From contig CAWHRA010000039.1 of the NCBI GenBank assembly GCA_963831585.1, forward strand, positions 831 to 64,830: DNA of 64,000 bases, read 5' to 3'. Positions 18,466 to 27,376 of the stretch are shown here, in pieces (positions within the stretch are counted from its first letter, which is position 1; the number at the start of each line of letters is the position of its first letter). A program made the translations under genes and the position numbers. The notes below the pieces were generated by a model, which did not search any database, had not been told where the DNA came from, and worked only from the letters and a program-made list of their open reading frames with translations. This DNA comes from an uncultured Alphaproteobacteria bacterium. Lineage in GTDB: Bacteria; Pseudomonadota; Alphaproteobacteria; Rhizobiales; Xanthobacteraceae.

Positions 18466-19933
18466 ATGGCCGGCACATCCGCTCCCCCCTGCATCGTCTG
18501 GTTTCGCGACGATTTGCGGATTTCCGATCATCCAGCTTTGCATGCGGCCTCCGAAACAGGGAGGCCCGTGATTTGCCTTTACGTGTTCGACGAGGACAGT
18601 GAGGCGCAGCGCACCCGGGGCCCACGTCCGCTCGGTCGCGCCGCGCGCTGGTGGCTGGCGCAGTCGCTGCGGGCCTTGCAAGGCCGTCTCGCCGCGCTCG
18701 GCGCACCGCTGGTGCTGCGCAAGGGGCCGGCGGCCAGGGTCATCGCCGAGCTCGCACGCGAGACCGGGGCCGGCTCGGTGTTCTGGAACGAGATCGCGCA
18801 AGCACTCTGGTCGGGCGATGGCCGATGAGGTCGCCGCGGCGCTGGATGCGACCGATATCGCTGCGCAACGCTTCCCCGGCGACCTCCTTGCGGCGCCTGC
18901 CAGCATCCGCAGCAGGGACGGCCGGGGGCTGCGGGTGTTCACACCGTTCTGGCGGCGCGTGCTGTCCCTGGGCGATCCGCCCGAACCGCTGCCTGCACCG
19001 ACGGCGTTGCGTCCAGTGCCCGGCCTTGCAGGCGACTCCCTCGAAAGCTGGGGTCTCGAGCCCACACATCCGGACTGGGCCGGAGGCTTGCGCGACAGCT
19101 GGACGCCCGGTGAGATTTCCGCCCAGCACCGGCTCAGGGAGTTTCTTGCAGAAGACGTGGCCGGCTACGCCAGTGCGCGCGACCGGCTGGACCGCGAGGG
19201 CACGTCCCGGCTATCCCCGCATTTGCGCTTCGGCGAGGTCAGCCTGCGGCAAGTCTGGCACGCAGCCCGCTTTGCAGCGGCCGAACGCCCCGCCCTGTCG
19301 GCCGACGTCGAAAAGCTCCTGAGCGAACTGGGCTGGCGCGAATTCTGCCGACACCTGCTGTTCGACGTTCCGGATCTGGCTCAACGCAATCTGCAGCCCG
19401 CCTTCGACGCCTTCCCGTGGCGGCACGACGCCGAGGCGCTGCGGGCGTGGCAACGCGGCCGGACCGGTTATCCGGTCGTGGATGCCGGGATGCGCGAGCT
19501 CTGGCGCACCGGGGTGATGCACAACCGGGTGCGGATGGTCGTGGCTTCGTTCCTGGTCAAACACCTCCTGATCGACTGGCGCGAGGGCGAAAGATGGTTT
19601 TGGGACACCCTGGTCGACGCCGACGCGGGCAGCAATCCCGCGAACTGGCAATGGGTGGCGGGTTCCGGCGCCGATGCCGCCCCCTATTTCCGGGTGTTCA
19701 ATCCGATCCTGCAAGGCGAGAAGTTCGATCCCGACGGCGCCTATGTCAGGCGCTGGGTTCCCGAGCTTGCGCGGTTGCCCGCCTCCCTGATCCACCAGCC
19801 CTGGCGCGCGACACCGCTTGAATTGCAGGCCGCGCAAATCGAACTCGGCAAGAGCTATCCGGAGCCGATCATCGACCACAAGAAGGGTCGCGAGCGCGCG
19901 CTGCAAGCCTATGCGAAGGTGCGCGGAAGCTGA
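18466..19933 (+). pseudogene. phrB: deoxyribodipyrimidine photolyase (class I CPD), one frameshift
   Basis: The N-terminal part (IVWFRDDLRISDHPAL...VFWNEIAQA) is in the frame of track ORF 18466-18828. The rest (RAMADEVAAAL...WQWVAGSGADAAPYFRVFNP...) is in the frame of ORF 18599-19933. The junction is near 18800-18815. Confidence 0.85.
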
Positions 19934-19947
19934 ACGGGCGCATCGCT

Positions 19948-19975
19948 TTGACAGCTTTTAAATTCTCGCTATCGT
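19948..19975 (+). promoter_or_regulatory. sigma70-like promoter candidate TTGACA-N16-TATCGT
   Basis: TTGACA (19948-19953), a 16-nt spacer, and TATCGT (19970-19975). Lies 31 nt upstream of the ATG at 20007. Confidence 0.3.
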
Positions 19976-20006
19976 TGTGCCCCTCTACTAATTTTTGGGG
20001 GACGAT

Positions 20007-20270
20007 ATGGACGACGATACACCTGCTGCTGAGTCAACTATGGACGCGACCAGTGTCGCCGAAGCGCCGATGCCTGCCGCCGGGCCGGCGGTTAAAAAGA
20101 AGAGGAAGGCCAGAAAGAAAGCGGTGAAGAAAGCCAAAAAAGCCAAGAAGGCCGGCAAGAAATCCGCGGTGAAAAAATCCGCCAAGAAGGCGGTGAAGAA
20201 GAAAGCCGCGAAGAAAGCTGCCAAGAAGACCGCGAAGAAGAAGAAAAAGGCCAGGAAGTCGAAGCGCTGA
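20007..20270 (+). CDS. histone H1-like lysine/alanine-rich protein
   Basis: GGGGGA RBS. Acidic N-terminus (MDDDTPAAESTMD) followed by KKKRKARKKAVKKAKKAKKAGKK... repeats. Confidence 0.6.
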   Translation: MDDDTPAAESTMDATSVAEAPMPAAGPAVKKKRKARKKAVKKAKKAKKAGKKSAVKKSAKKAVKKKAAKKAAKKTAKKKKKARKSKR

Positions 20271-20294
20271 TTGCGCCGGCTTGGTTGAATCACG

Positions 20295-20331
20295 GAAGCC
20301 TTCGGACGAAAGTCCGGAGGCTCTTGTTCTT
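20295..20331 (+). terminator. stem-loop terminator between convergent genes
   Basis: GAAGCCTTCGGAC-gaaa-GTCCGGAGGCTC imperfect stem with a GAAA loop, followed by TTGTTCTT. Confidence 0.45.
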
Positions 20332-20333
20332 GC

Positions 20334-21152
20334 TCAGGCGCGCCGGTTGACCAGGAACACCGCGGCGGCGCACGCGAGCATGCCGATCACCGCCAGGATA
20401 TCGAGCCGCTCGCCGAACAGGACAAAGGCCATGGCGGCCGTCACCGCCGGCACCAGATAGAACAGGCTCGCGACCGAGGTCGCCGCCGAGCGACGGATCA
20501 GCCAGTACAACAGGCCGATCGATCCGATCGAGAGCACCACCACGAGCCAGGCCAGCGCCAGCACGAACTCGCTCGTCCAGTGCACCACATTGGTCTCGAA
20601 CAGCCACGCGCCGACCGCGAAAAAAATGCCGACCGCGATGTACTGGATCAGATTGCCGGCGCGCCAGTCGATCTGGCCGCAATAGCGGCGCTGGTAAAGG
20701 GTGCCGAGCGTGATGCTGACCAGCGACACGCCCGAGGCCAGCCAGCCCCACCCCGCCTCGCCGCTCATCGGGCGGTTGTGCAGGATCAGCACCACGCCGG
20801 CCAGCCCGAGCAGGAGCCCGCTCCATTGCAGCGGCGTGACGCGTTCGCCGAGCCAGCGGTTGGCGAGCGTCGAGGTCAGGATCGGCTGCAGGCCCGGAAT
20901 CAGCGCCGACAGACCGGCGGGAATCGAATGGGCGATCGCGATCGCGGTGCCGCCCAGGTAAAACCCGTGCACCAGGATCCCCGCGACCACGCTGTGGGCT
21001 ACGCCGATCCGGTCGGGCCATTTCGGCCGGGCGATGGCGGCGATCACCGCCATCAGGCCGACCACCAGCGCCATCCGGATGGCGAGATAGGTCAGCGGCT
21101 CGGCATTGTGGATGACGTATTTGGTGCCGACGAAACCGGTACTCCAGAGCAC
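20334..21152 (-). CDS. EamA/DMT-family transporter
   Basis: Ten-transmembrane-like hydrophobic pattern and LWSTGFVGTKY near the N-terminus. The first available start is the GTG at 21152. The open frame upstream has no start codon, so the N-terminus is uncertain. Confidence 0.8.
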   Translation of the reverse strand: MLWSTGFVGTKYVIHNAEPLTYLAIRMALVVGLMAVIAAIARPKWPDRIGVAHSVVAGILVHGFYLGGTAIAIAHSIPAGLSALIPGLQPILTSTLANRWLGERVTPLQWSGLLLGLAGVVLILHNRPMSGEAGWGWLASGVSLVSITLGTLYQRRYCGQIDWRAGNLIQYIAVGIFFAVGAWLFETNVVHWTSEFVLALAWLVVVLSIGSIGLLYWLIRRSAATSVASLFYLVPAVTAAMAFVLFGERLDILAVIGMLACAAAVFLVNRRA

Positions 21153-21281
21153 GACAAAAATCGCCGGCGCCGCGCGCGCGGCAAGATTTTCAACGTCCTG
21201 ATTTATTTGCCGCCCTGAGTGCCCGATCGCAGGCCTGGCGGCAATGCTGTTTTACGCAGGGCCACGCGCGTTATGCGAAGC

Positions 21282-21728
21282 TCACCATTCTTCCGGACAG
21301 GGATCGACGATCTTCCACAGATCCATGCCGTTCTTGATCTTCTTCATCTCGGTTGTGAGCCCGCCGTTGCGCCGGATCCAGTCCTTCACCGTATCCGGAT
21401 AATAGGACATCAGGTCCGAGGTGCCCTGGGCGCTGGTGACCTTGATGCCGAAGGTGAAGGCCTTGTCGTAATAGGCCTGGTGGAAGCCGAGGCTGGCGCG
21501 CGGCGTCACGCAGATCTTGTTCATCGGCACGATGCCGAACACCAGCGTGCAGGCCGAATTGCAGATGCCGTCGATGATCACCCGCTCGTGGCGATCGCGG
21601 ATGCGCTTGTACTTTTCCTTGTACTCTTCGACATAGCCGCCGTGATCCCGCGTGATATGCAAATCGGCGCGTGCCGGCGACGCGGCCAGCAGCGGGAGTA
21701 ACAGCAGGGCAAACGACGTGATGCGCAT
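21282..21728 (-). CDS. secreted hypothetical protein
   Basis: Signal peptide MRITSFALLLLPLLAASPARA starting at the ATG at 21728. Cys-containing mature part (IIDGICNSACTLVFG). No confident family. Confidence 0.55.
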   Translation of the reverse strand: MRITSFALLLLPLLAASPARADLHITRDHGGYVEEYKEKYKRIRDRHERVIIDGICNSACTLVFGIVPMNKICVTPRASLGFHQAYYDKAFTFGIKVTSAQGTSDLMSYYPDTVKDWIRRNGGLTTEMKKIKNGMDLWKIVDPCPEEW

Positions 21729-21963
21729 GGGTCGGTCGGAACCGGACAGGCCTTTTATGACCCGGCAAAAGCCGGATCCGCGAAGCGGAAGTGACGGTAT
21801 AACTCTGGCCAGACTGTGTTGGAAATCCGTTAAGCATGCCGGGGAGCGAAAAATCCCCCCATTGTGGCCAATTTCCCGCACATTTTCGGGCTTTTGTGCT
21901 CTGGATCGGCACGGCCGATCGCCTAAAATGTCTTGTTTTCAGGCCCCCTGCCGGAGAATCCAG

Positions 21964-22239
21964 ATGACCCGCCCAAAGCTTGCCGCCGCTCTCCTGTCGC
22001 TCCTTGCCCTAGCCCTGCTGGCGCCGACCGTGGCGCAGGCGCGGAGCCACTACCGCCACCATCACTACCACCATGCCCACCGCTACGGGCTGCCCTATGA
22101 GATCAGCTACCGGCACAATTACGGCCCCGGCGCCCGGCCCGGCACCTTCGCCTATTACGACGGCCCCTCGAACAATTTCTGCTACCAGGGCTCGGCGGTT
22201 TATATCGGCCAGGACCACCGCAGCTATCCCTGCTTCTGA
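21964..22239 (+). CDS. small secreted His/Tyr/Arg-rich protein
   Basis: Signal peptide MTRPKLAAALLSLLALALLAPTVAQA, then RSHYRHHHYHHAHRYGLPYEISYRHNY... Confidence 0.55.
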   Translation: MTRPKLAAALLSLLALALLAPTVAQARSHYRHHHYHHAHRYGLPYEISYRHNYGPGARPGTFAYYDGPSNNFCYQGSAVYIGQDHRSYPCF

Positions 22240-22287
22240 GCGATCGCGCGCAAACCGCGCCGCCGACTGAGGCGCGGCCCCCGCCAT

Positions 22288-23538
22288 TCACCTGAACCAC
22301 GCGCCCGCCATCATGGCGAGGCAGGTGACGAATCCGATGGCGGGTATCCATAAGGGAACGCTGACGTGCGGATGGTCCGACCGCACGTCGCGATACCGCA
22401 GCCGCAGCAAGGCAAGATTGACCAGCGCGAACACCGCCAGCGTCACCAGCGATGTTGCTTCCGCCAGCGGCGTCAGCGGCACGGCGAGCGCCAGCGGAAC
22501 GACCAGCGCGGCGATGCAGGCGGTCGCGGCCAGCGGCGTGCCGGTGCGGCGGTGCACCCGCGCGAAAATCGCCGGCAGGTCGCGCTCGCGCGCCAACCCG
22601 TAGACCACGCGCGCCGCCATCGTCATCTGGGCAAGGACCGTGTTCAGCGTCGCCACGATTGCGATCGCGCTGATCGTCGCCGGACTGACGCCGGCCACTT
22701 CGCGAAACACCAGGCTGAGCGGCGCCGACGAGGACGACAGCCTTTCGATCGACACGGCGCTGACGGCGACCGCGGCGACCAGCACATATAGGACCGTGGA
22801 GATGACGAGGGTCAGCACCATGGCGCGGGGGATGTCGCGGTGCGGGACCTTCGCCTCCTCCACGACATTGGCCAGGTCCTCGAAGCCGATGAAGGCGAAG
22901 AAGGCGAGCAGGCTGCCGAAACCGATGCCGGACAGGGCCGCGACGTCGAACGGCGGCAAGCGCGTTATCGTCGCGGCAATCGGAAGGTCGGCGTGAATGC
23001 CGGCAAGGATGACAGTGACGAGGCCCCCGACCTCTACGAGCGTGAACAGGCTCGCGAGCACGACCGATTCCAGAATGCCCCACGCGGCCACGGCGGCGAG
23101 CGCAAGAATGACGGTCACCACAATGACGTTCTGAGGCAGATCGACGAACTGCCGGATTTAGCCTGCCGATCCGACCGTCACGGCGGCCGACGACACGACG
23201 CCGATCACGACCGTCAGCAGACCGACCGCGGTCGCGAGCGCGCGGGACTGGAACGCCGCCCTGACATAGGCGGCCTCGCCGGCGCTGACCGGAAAGCGCG
23301 TCGAAAGTTCGGCGTAGGAGCCAACCGTCAGGGCCATGACGGCGGCAGCGAGCAGGAACGACCATGGGGCGTAAAGCGCGGCATGACCGGCGACGGCGCC
23401 GATCAGGACGTAGATGCCGGCGCCCACCGTGATGCCGGTGCCGTAGAGCACCAGCAGCGCCAGGCCGAGCCGTCGCCGCAGCGGCACCGCGGCTTCCATC
23501 GAAAGGTCCCTCTTCATTGAATGTTCGAGACCACGCAC
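22288..23538 (-). pseudogene. APC-family amino-acid permease interrupted by an in-frame TAA
   Basis: Track ORFs 23158-23538 and 22288-23121 are in the same frame. The sequence reads ...TVGSAG-TAA-IRQFVDLPQNVIVV..., with the stop codon at 23158-23160. The polytopic membrane pattern is continuous across it. Confidence 0.8.
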
Positions 23539-23547
23539 CGATGATGT

Positions 23548-24108
23548 CTACTGCCTGCCGCCGGGAAGCATGCGAATGAGCGTATTGTCGCGAAAGACAA
23601 AGTGATGAATCAGCGCGGCGACAGCGTGAAAGCCGGCAACGATCACGAGCGCATGGGCGAGGATTTCGTGGACCTCCGTCACATTATGCGCAAAGGCGCG
23701 ATCGCGTATCCAGGGTGACGGAATTTCGGCGATCCCGAACAGCGGCAGGGCGTCGCCGCGCGCGAACTGCGCGACGATGCCGGCGATCGGAACCGCGATC
23801 AGCAGCGCGTAAAGCGTGTAATGCGCAACACGCGCCGCCGGGTCGGCAAAGGCGCCGAGCCATCTGCCGAATTCGTTGGGCTCGGTCCGCGGCGGCGGCT
23901 CGGCCGCGCGCCAGCTCAACCGCAGTGCGAGCGCCAGCAGGATCAGAAGGCCCGCGGAAATGTGTACAAAGAGCGCCGTGTCCCGCGCGGCTCCCTTGGG
24001 AAGATCATCGCCGAAGGTTCCCAGCGTCCACGCCCCGATCACCATGATCACCGTCAGCCAGTGCAGAAACCGGGGAACCGGCCCGTACCGCTCGATGGCA
24101 TCGGTCAT
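23548..24108 (-). CDS. cytochrome b561-family protein
   Basis: AGGAGG RBS before the ATG at 24108. RFLHWLTVIMVI and HISAGLLILLALALRLSWR carry the heme-ligand His pattern of the CybB family. Confidence 0.8.
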   Translation of the reverse strand: MTDAIERYGPVPRFLHWLTVIMVIGAWTLGTFGDDLPKGAARDTALFVHISAGLLILLALALRLSWRAAEPPPRTEPNEFGRWLGAFADPAARVAHYTLYALLIAVPIAGIVAQFARGDALPLFGIAEIPSPWIRDRAFAHNVTEVHEILAHALVIVAGFHAVAALIHHFVFRDNTLIRMLPGGRQ

Positions 24109-24146
24109 TTGCACGGCCTCCTTTTGGTCCACTCTTGTCACATCGA

Positions 24147-24980
24147 TCAATGCGAGAACAGAATCGGCAGCGGCGGCTTTGACAACAGGCTGTTGGTCGC
24201 GCCGCCGAGAACGAATTCCCGCAGGCGGGAGTGTCCGTATGCTCCCATGACGAGCAGATCCACCTCATGGGAGGCGGCATAGCCTTCGAGAACGGCGCCG
24301 ATCGGCCGGCCCTCGGCGTCCACCCTGTCCAGCACGACATCGATGCCGTGCCGGGACAGGTTCTTCGACAACTCCTCGGCGGAATGTTTCCGATCGAGGC
24401 GCTTCTCGTTGACGACCGTGACGACGCGCACCCTGTTCGCCTTTTCCAACAGCGGCATCGCATCCGATACCGCGCGCGTGGCGGCACGGCTGAAATCCCA
24501 GGCCACCGCGACGGTCCCGAACTCCAGCGGGCGGGAGCGCGGGTTTTGCGGCAGGATCAGGGTCGGCCGGCCCGAGCCGAACATCACGGCCTCGGCAAAC
24601 CATCGGTCGTTCGACTGCGACATGATGGTGAGATCGCGAAGCCGCGCGTATTCGACCAGCAGTTCCGGCACTTCGAACGTCTTGCATTTCGAGAGCATCG
24701 ACTCGCGGGAAACACCGGCCTTCGCCGCAGCGGCCTCGAACGCCGCCAGCAGTTCCTCGGCGCTTCTTCGGCTCTTGCCGGCTTCTTCCGTGATGATTCC
24801 GGACAGGCCGACCGCCGCGCCCGACATGAAATGGCCGGGCACCTGCACGTGCATTTCGCAGGACAGGGCCGCGATATGCGCGCCGAGCGTGGAGGCAACC
24901 GAAACCGCCTCCCCGACCACCGACACCGGTGTCGGCGCGGGATAACTCGTCAGCACCAGCAGGATATCTCTGAACGCCAT
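24147..24980 (-). CDS. universal stress protein, tandem Usp domains
   Basis: 277 aa. Two Usp-like halves, the second ending ...VDLLVMGAYGHSRLREFVLGGATNSLL (ATP-binding G-2x-G-9x-G(S/T) type). Confidence 0.85.
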   Translation of the reverse strand: MAFRDILLVLTSYPAPTPVSVVGEAVSVASTLGAHIAALSCEMHVQVPGHFMSGAAVGLSGIITEEAGKSRRSAEELLAAFEAAAAKAGVSRESMLSKCKTFEVPELLVEYARLRDLTIMSQSNDRWFAEAVMFGSGRPTLILPQNPRSRPLEFGTVAVAWDFSRAATRAVSDAMPLLEKANRVRVVTVVNEKRLDRKHSAEELSKNLSRHGIDVVLDRVDAEGRPIGAVLEGYAASHEVDLLVMGAYGHSRLREFVLGGATNSLLSKPPLPILFSH

Positions 24981-25032
24981 CGAAGACCTCGTATTGCGGA
25001 ATTAGGCCTAGTCCTGCGCGGGTTTCAGGCGT

Positions 25033-25046
25033 TTGATTCACCTCAA
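25033..25046. promoter_or_regulatory. FixK/FNR-type box TTGATTCACCTCAA
   Basis: Matches TTGA-N6-TCAA exactly and TTGAT-N4-ATCAA in 13 of 14 positions. Centred about 59 nt upstream of the usp ATG at 24980. Confidence 0.45.
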
Positions 25047-25049
25047 GGC

Positions 25050-25830
25050 ACCGGCGCGCGCCACACCGTCATTGCTTCCAATGCGTCGCTCCCTGCGCCC
25101 AATGCAGGCACCGCCATACATGTGCTTCGTGTCGCCTCGTCGGCGAAACGATGGGGAGGGATCGGGGGGGGGGGTAGCGCAACATACTCGCTGCCAGTAG
25201 GCAAATGGATAGTCCCCCACCCCCGACCTCTCGCCGCCACGCGCAAGCGCACGTGGAGGGTGTGAATTCATCGTGCAGGACACAGCTTCGCGATCTCGCC
25301 GCATGTTTCGCGCGAGGTTTTGGTCGGTTCGTTCCGCCCTCTCCAATCAGAGGGCGCAGGGAATGCCGGGCGCCCGATGCGCCCGATAGCCGCGTGTGCA
25401 GGTGGTAGTGTGAGAAGCGCACACGCGTTAGTCAGGTCACACCGGAATCACCCGGCATTCCCCACGCAATGGTTTTACGGCTTATAACGTGCTCTCCCCG
25501 GTGACCGGGCTTTCTTGCCACCGTCATCGCGGAGTTGCCTCCGCACACTTGACGCCAGCGTCGGGGCGTCAGGACCACACGCCTTCGCCGTCCGCCAGCC
25601 GCAATCGCCCGTCAAGCGCACACGCCAGCGTCCACCGCATCCCGCTCCGCGTTTCGTGACGTTGCGCAACGCCCCTCCAAAGGAGCGGGACGGCGCGGTT
25701 TATAAAGGTGATTTGGGTCTTCGGAAAATCAGAATATTTTTGCAAAAAGGGCTGGACAGAGGGGTCGGTAAATCACCCAGGTGATTTGCCCGTCGGGTTC
25801 CCCCTCTTCCATTCCGCAAGCGGATTGGCG
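25050..25830. repeat. composite non-coding repeat region (Bradyrhizobiaceae-type dispersed elements)
   Basis: About 780 bp without a credible gene. Its pseudo-translations (…LDASVGASGPHAFAVR…, …ESPGIPHAMVL…) match dispersed-repeat pseudo-ORFs I recall from Bradyrhizobium and Rhodopseudomonas genomes. No second copy is present in this window. Confidence 0.5.
25164..25174. repeat. G11 homopolymer
   Basis: Eleven consecutive G read directly at 25164-25174, inside the repeat region and about 185 bp upstream of the usp start. Confidence 0.9.
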
Positions 25831-25838
25831 CTCGCCTG

Positions 25839-26039
25839 CTATTCCCGCGAATTCAGGCTTTCACCCGTCAGCAGACGATCGAAACGATCGGCAGAATAGA
25901 CATGGCCGCTCGGGGCCGTGATCGAAACCGCACAACCATCCGCCGCAAGCTTGCGGGCCAGCGTGACCGCAATTTCGGCGCTGGAGCGGAAGTCGGTGTT
26001 ACGGCGATTGTCCTTCAACGATTCGATAATGAAAGTCAT
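25839..26039 (-). CDS. small hypothetical protein
   Basis: 66 aa from the ATG at 26039 (MTFIIESLKDNRR...). The track ORF extends to 26180. No family recognised. Confidence 0.3.
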   Translation of the reverse strand: MTFIIESLKDNRRNTDFRSSAEIAVTLARKLAADGCAVSITAPSGHVYSADRFDRLLTGESLNSRE

Positions 26040-26345
26040 TTGATCTGTATTCCCATCCCCGCACTGCCGGATATCGCAAGCCATCAGCAAGCTGAGAACA
26101 GGCCTGGGCCGGTCTGAAATTTTTTCCGCGCGCGCAATTCGTGCGCGCGGCAATCCGCAAACTCTATCCGGTAAAATCACGCTGCCAACAAGTTACTTGT
26201 TGACCGCGCCCGGCCGCAGCCATACCCATATTGGGCAGGATCGATGTCTTCGCTGGCACAGGGACAAATACGCAAATCATTTCGATAAATACGAAAGCAA
26301 CTTCGAAACAGTTCGGCAGGTCGACGATCGCTCGAAGCCGCGAGC

Positions 26346-26867
26346 ATGGAGCCCGAAACCAACAGCGCAAATGGATCTGCCATGGCCGGAAAAAGCAAGG
26401 ACAGCAAGACGACCGATCGGGCCCGCACCATCTCCCGCCATTCGCTGGCCTACATGCTGTGCGCGATCAGCGAGATGTTCCGCTTCTACGACGACTTCGA
26501 TCCGCTGGACCTCCTGATCGTTCATGCGGTCCTGAACGCCAACGTCATCCCCGTCATGAAAGATCCCGAACTCGATCGCCGCTTCGGCAGCGTGCAGACC
26601 GTCGAGCCCGACGCGATCAAGCAGGGCGTCTCGCGCGCCGCGCTCTCCCGTTTCCTGGCGATGCCGATCGAGACCGTGCGCCGGCGGGCCAATGGATTGA
26701 AGAAGAAGGGTATCCTTCGCGACACCGACGACGGGCTGATCGTGACCGAGGCCAATCTCTTCAAGTTCGGCAACAACCACGTGCTGCAAAACACCAACAT
26801 CCTGCTGGTGCGGAAATTCCTGCGTGACCTCACGGAGTCCGGCATCGACGTTCCCGGCGGCGTTTGA
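26346..26867 (+). CDS. hypothetical winged-helix DNA-binding protein
   Basis: HTH-like segment GVSRAALSRFLAMPIETVRRRANGLKKKGILRD. An alternative start is the ATG at 26382. Confidence 0.5.
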   Translation: MEPETNSANGSAMAGKSKDSKTTDRARTISRHSLAYMLCAISEMFRFYDDFDPLDLLIVHAVLNANVIPVMKDPELDRRFGSVQTVEPDAIKQGVSRAALSRFLAMPIETVRRRANGLKKKGILRDTDDGLIVTEANLFKFGNNHVLQNTNILLVRKFLRDLTESGIDVPGGV

Positions 26868-27033
26868 GGCGGCGCGCCGACGCGGGCTCGGCCGACAAGC
26901 CCGGCTCGCCGGATCTGGAACAAACCTCGAACACCGTCCGGGCTGCGACACCCCCGGTTTCATCCGGATAGGCGGCGTCCAGGGAATCGCCCATTGCTGG
27001 GCTTCAGCGTTTCAACGCTGTCTCCCTAACCTC

Positions 27034-27062
27034 GCCCGTCCGGCTCACCGGACGGGTTTTTT
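27034..27062 (+). terminator. rho-independent terminator
   Basis: GCCCGTCCGG-ctca-CCGGACGGGT stem followed by TTTTTT. Lies about 170 nt after the stop at 26867 and 128 nt before tRNA-Arg. Confidence 0.7.
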
Positions 27063-27189
27063 CCATCCATGGCCCTCCCCGCCGATCTCTGATAATGCGA
27101 AGCGCCGAAAACATTTTGGCGGTCGCTTTTCCGTGTCTGGCCGGGGCCTGAGCAGTCTGGCACCCGGCAAGCGCACCGAAACGACGCAG

Positions 27190-27266
27190 GCGCTCGTAGC
27201 TCAGCTGGATAGAGCATCGGACTTCGAATCCGAGGGTCGGGAGTTCGAATCTCTCCGAGCGCGCCA
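27190..27266 (+). tRNA. tRNA-Arg (anticodon TCG), CCA encoded
   Basis: GCGCTCGTAGCTCAGCTGGATAGAGCATCGGACTTCGAATCCGAGGGTCGGGAGTTCGAATCTCTCCGAGCGCGCCA. The cloverleaf has anticodon loop CTTCGAA and A20 in the D-loop. Confidence 0.9.
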
Positions 27267-27376
27267 ACTCCGCCGAATCCGCGATTTTCTGCGATCGCTG
27301 CACCAGGCTACAAAGATTGAGCGCGACCGCTGCGGCGGCACCTGACGAAACAACCGCGGCGGCACCGGCAAGCCCG

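Noticed and set aside
20090-20270. Short-period nucleotide repeats, checked as CRISPR or VNTR arrays. These are the AAGAAG-rich tract here, the GGN run at 37240-37290 and the 15-nt PIGK period at 31402-31461.
   Set aside because: All lie inside ORFs and encode low-complexity Lys-, Gly- or PIGK-repeat peptides. No repeat-spacer architecture exists anywhere in the window.
21153-21230. Possible missing N-terminus or start-codon loss of the EamA transporter. The open frame continues upstream of the GTG at 21152 without any ATG, GTG or TTG.
   Set aside because: The GTG start still yields a plausible full-length transporter. Without orthologue alignment I cannot tell whether a first helix is missing, so I did not call it a pseudogene.
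26126-26150. GC palindrome CCGCGCGC-N9-GCGCGCGG preceded by a T7 run, considered as a terminator.
   Set aside because: The T-run precedes the stem on the plus strand and becomes an A-run after the stem on the minus strand, so it fits a terminator on neither strand. It may be a protein-binding palindrome, but there is no supporting context.
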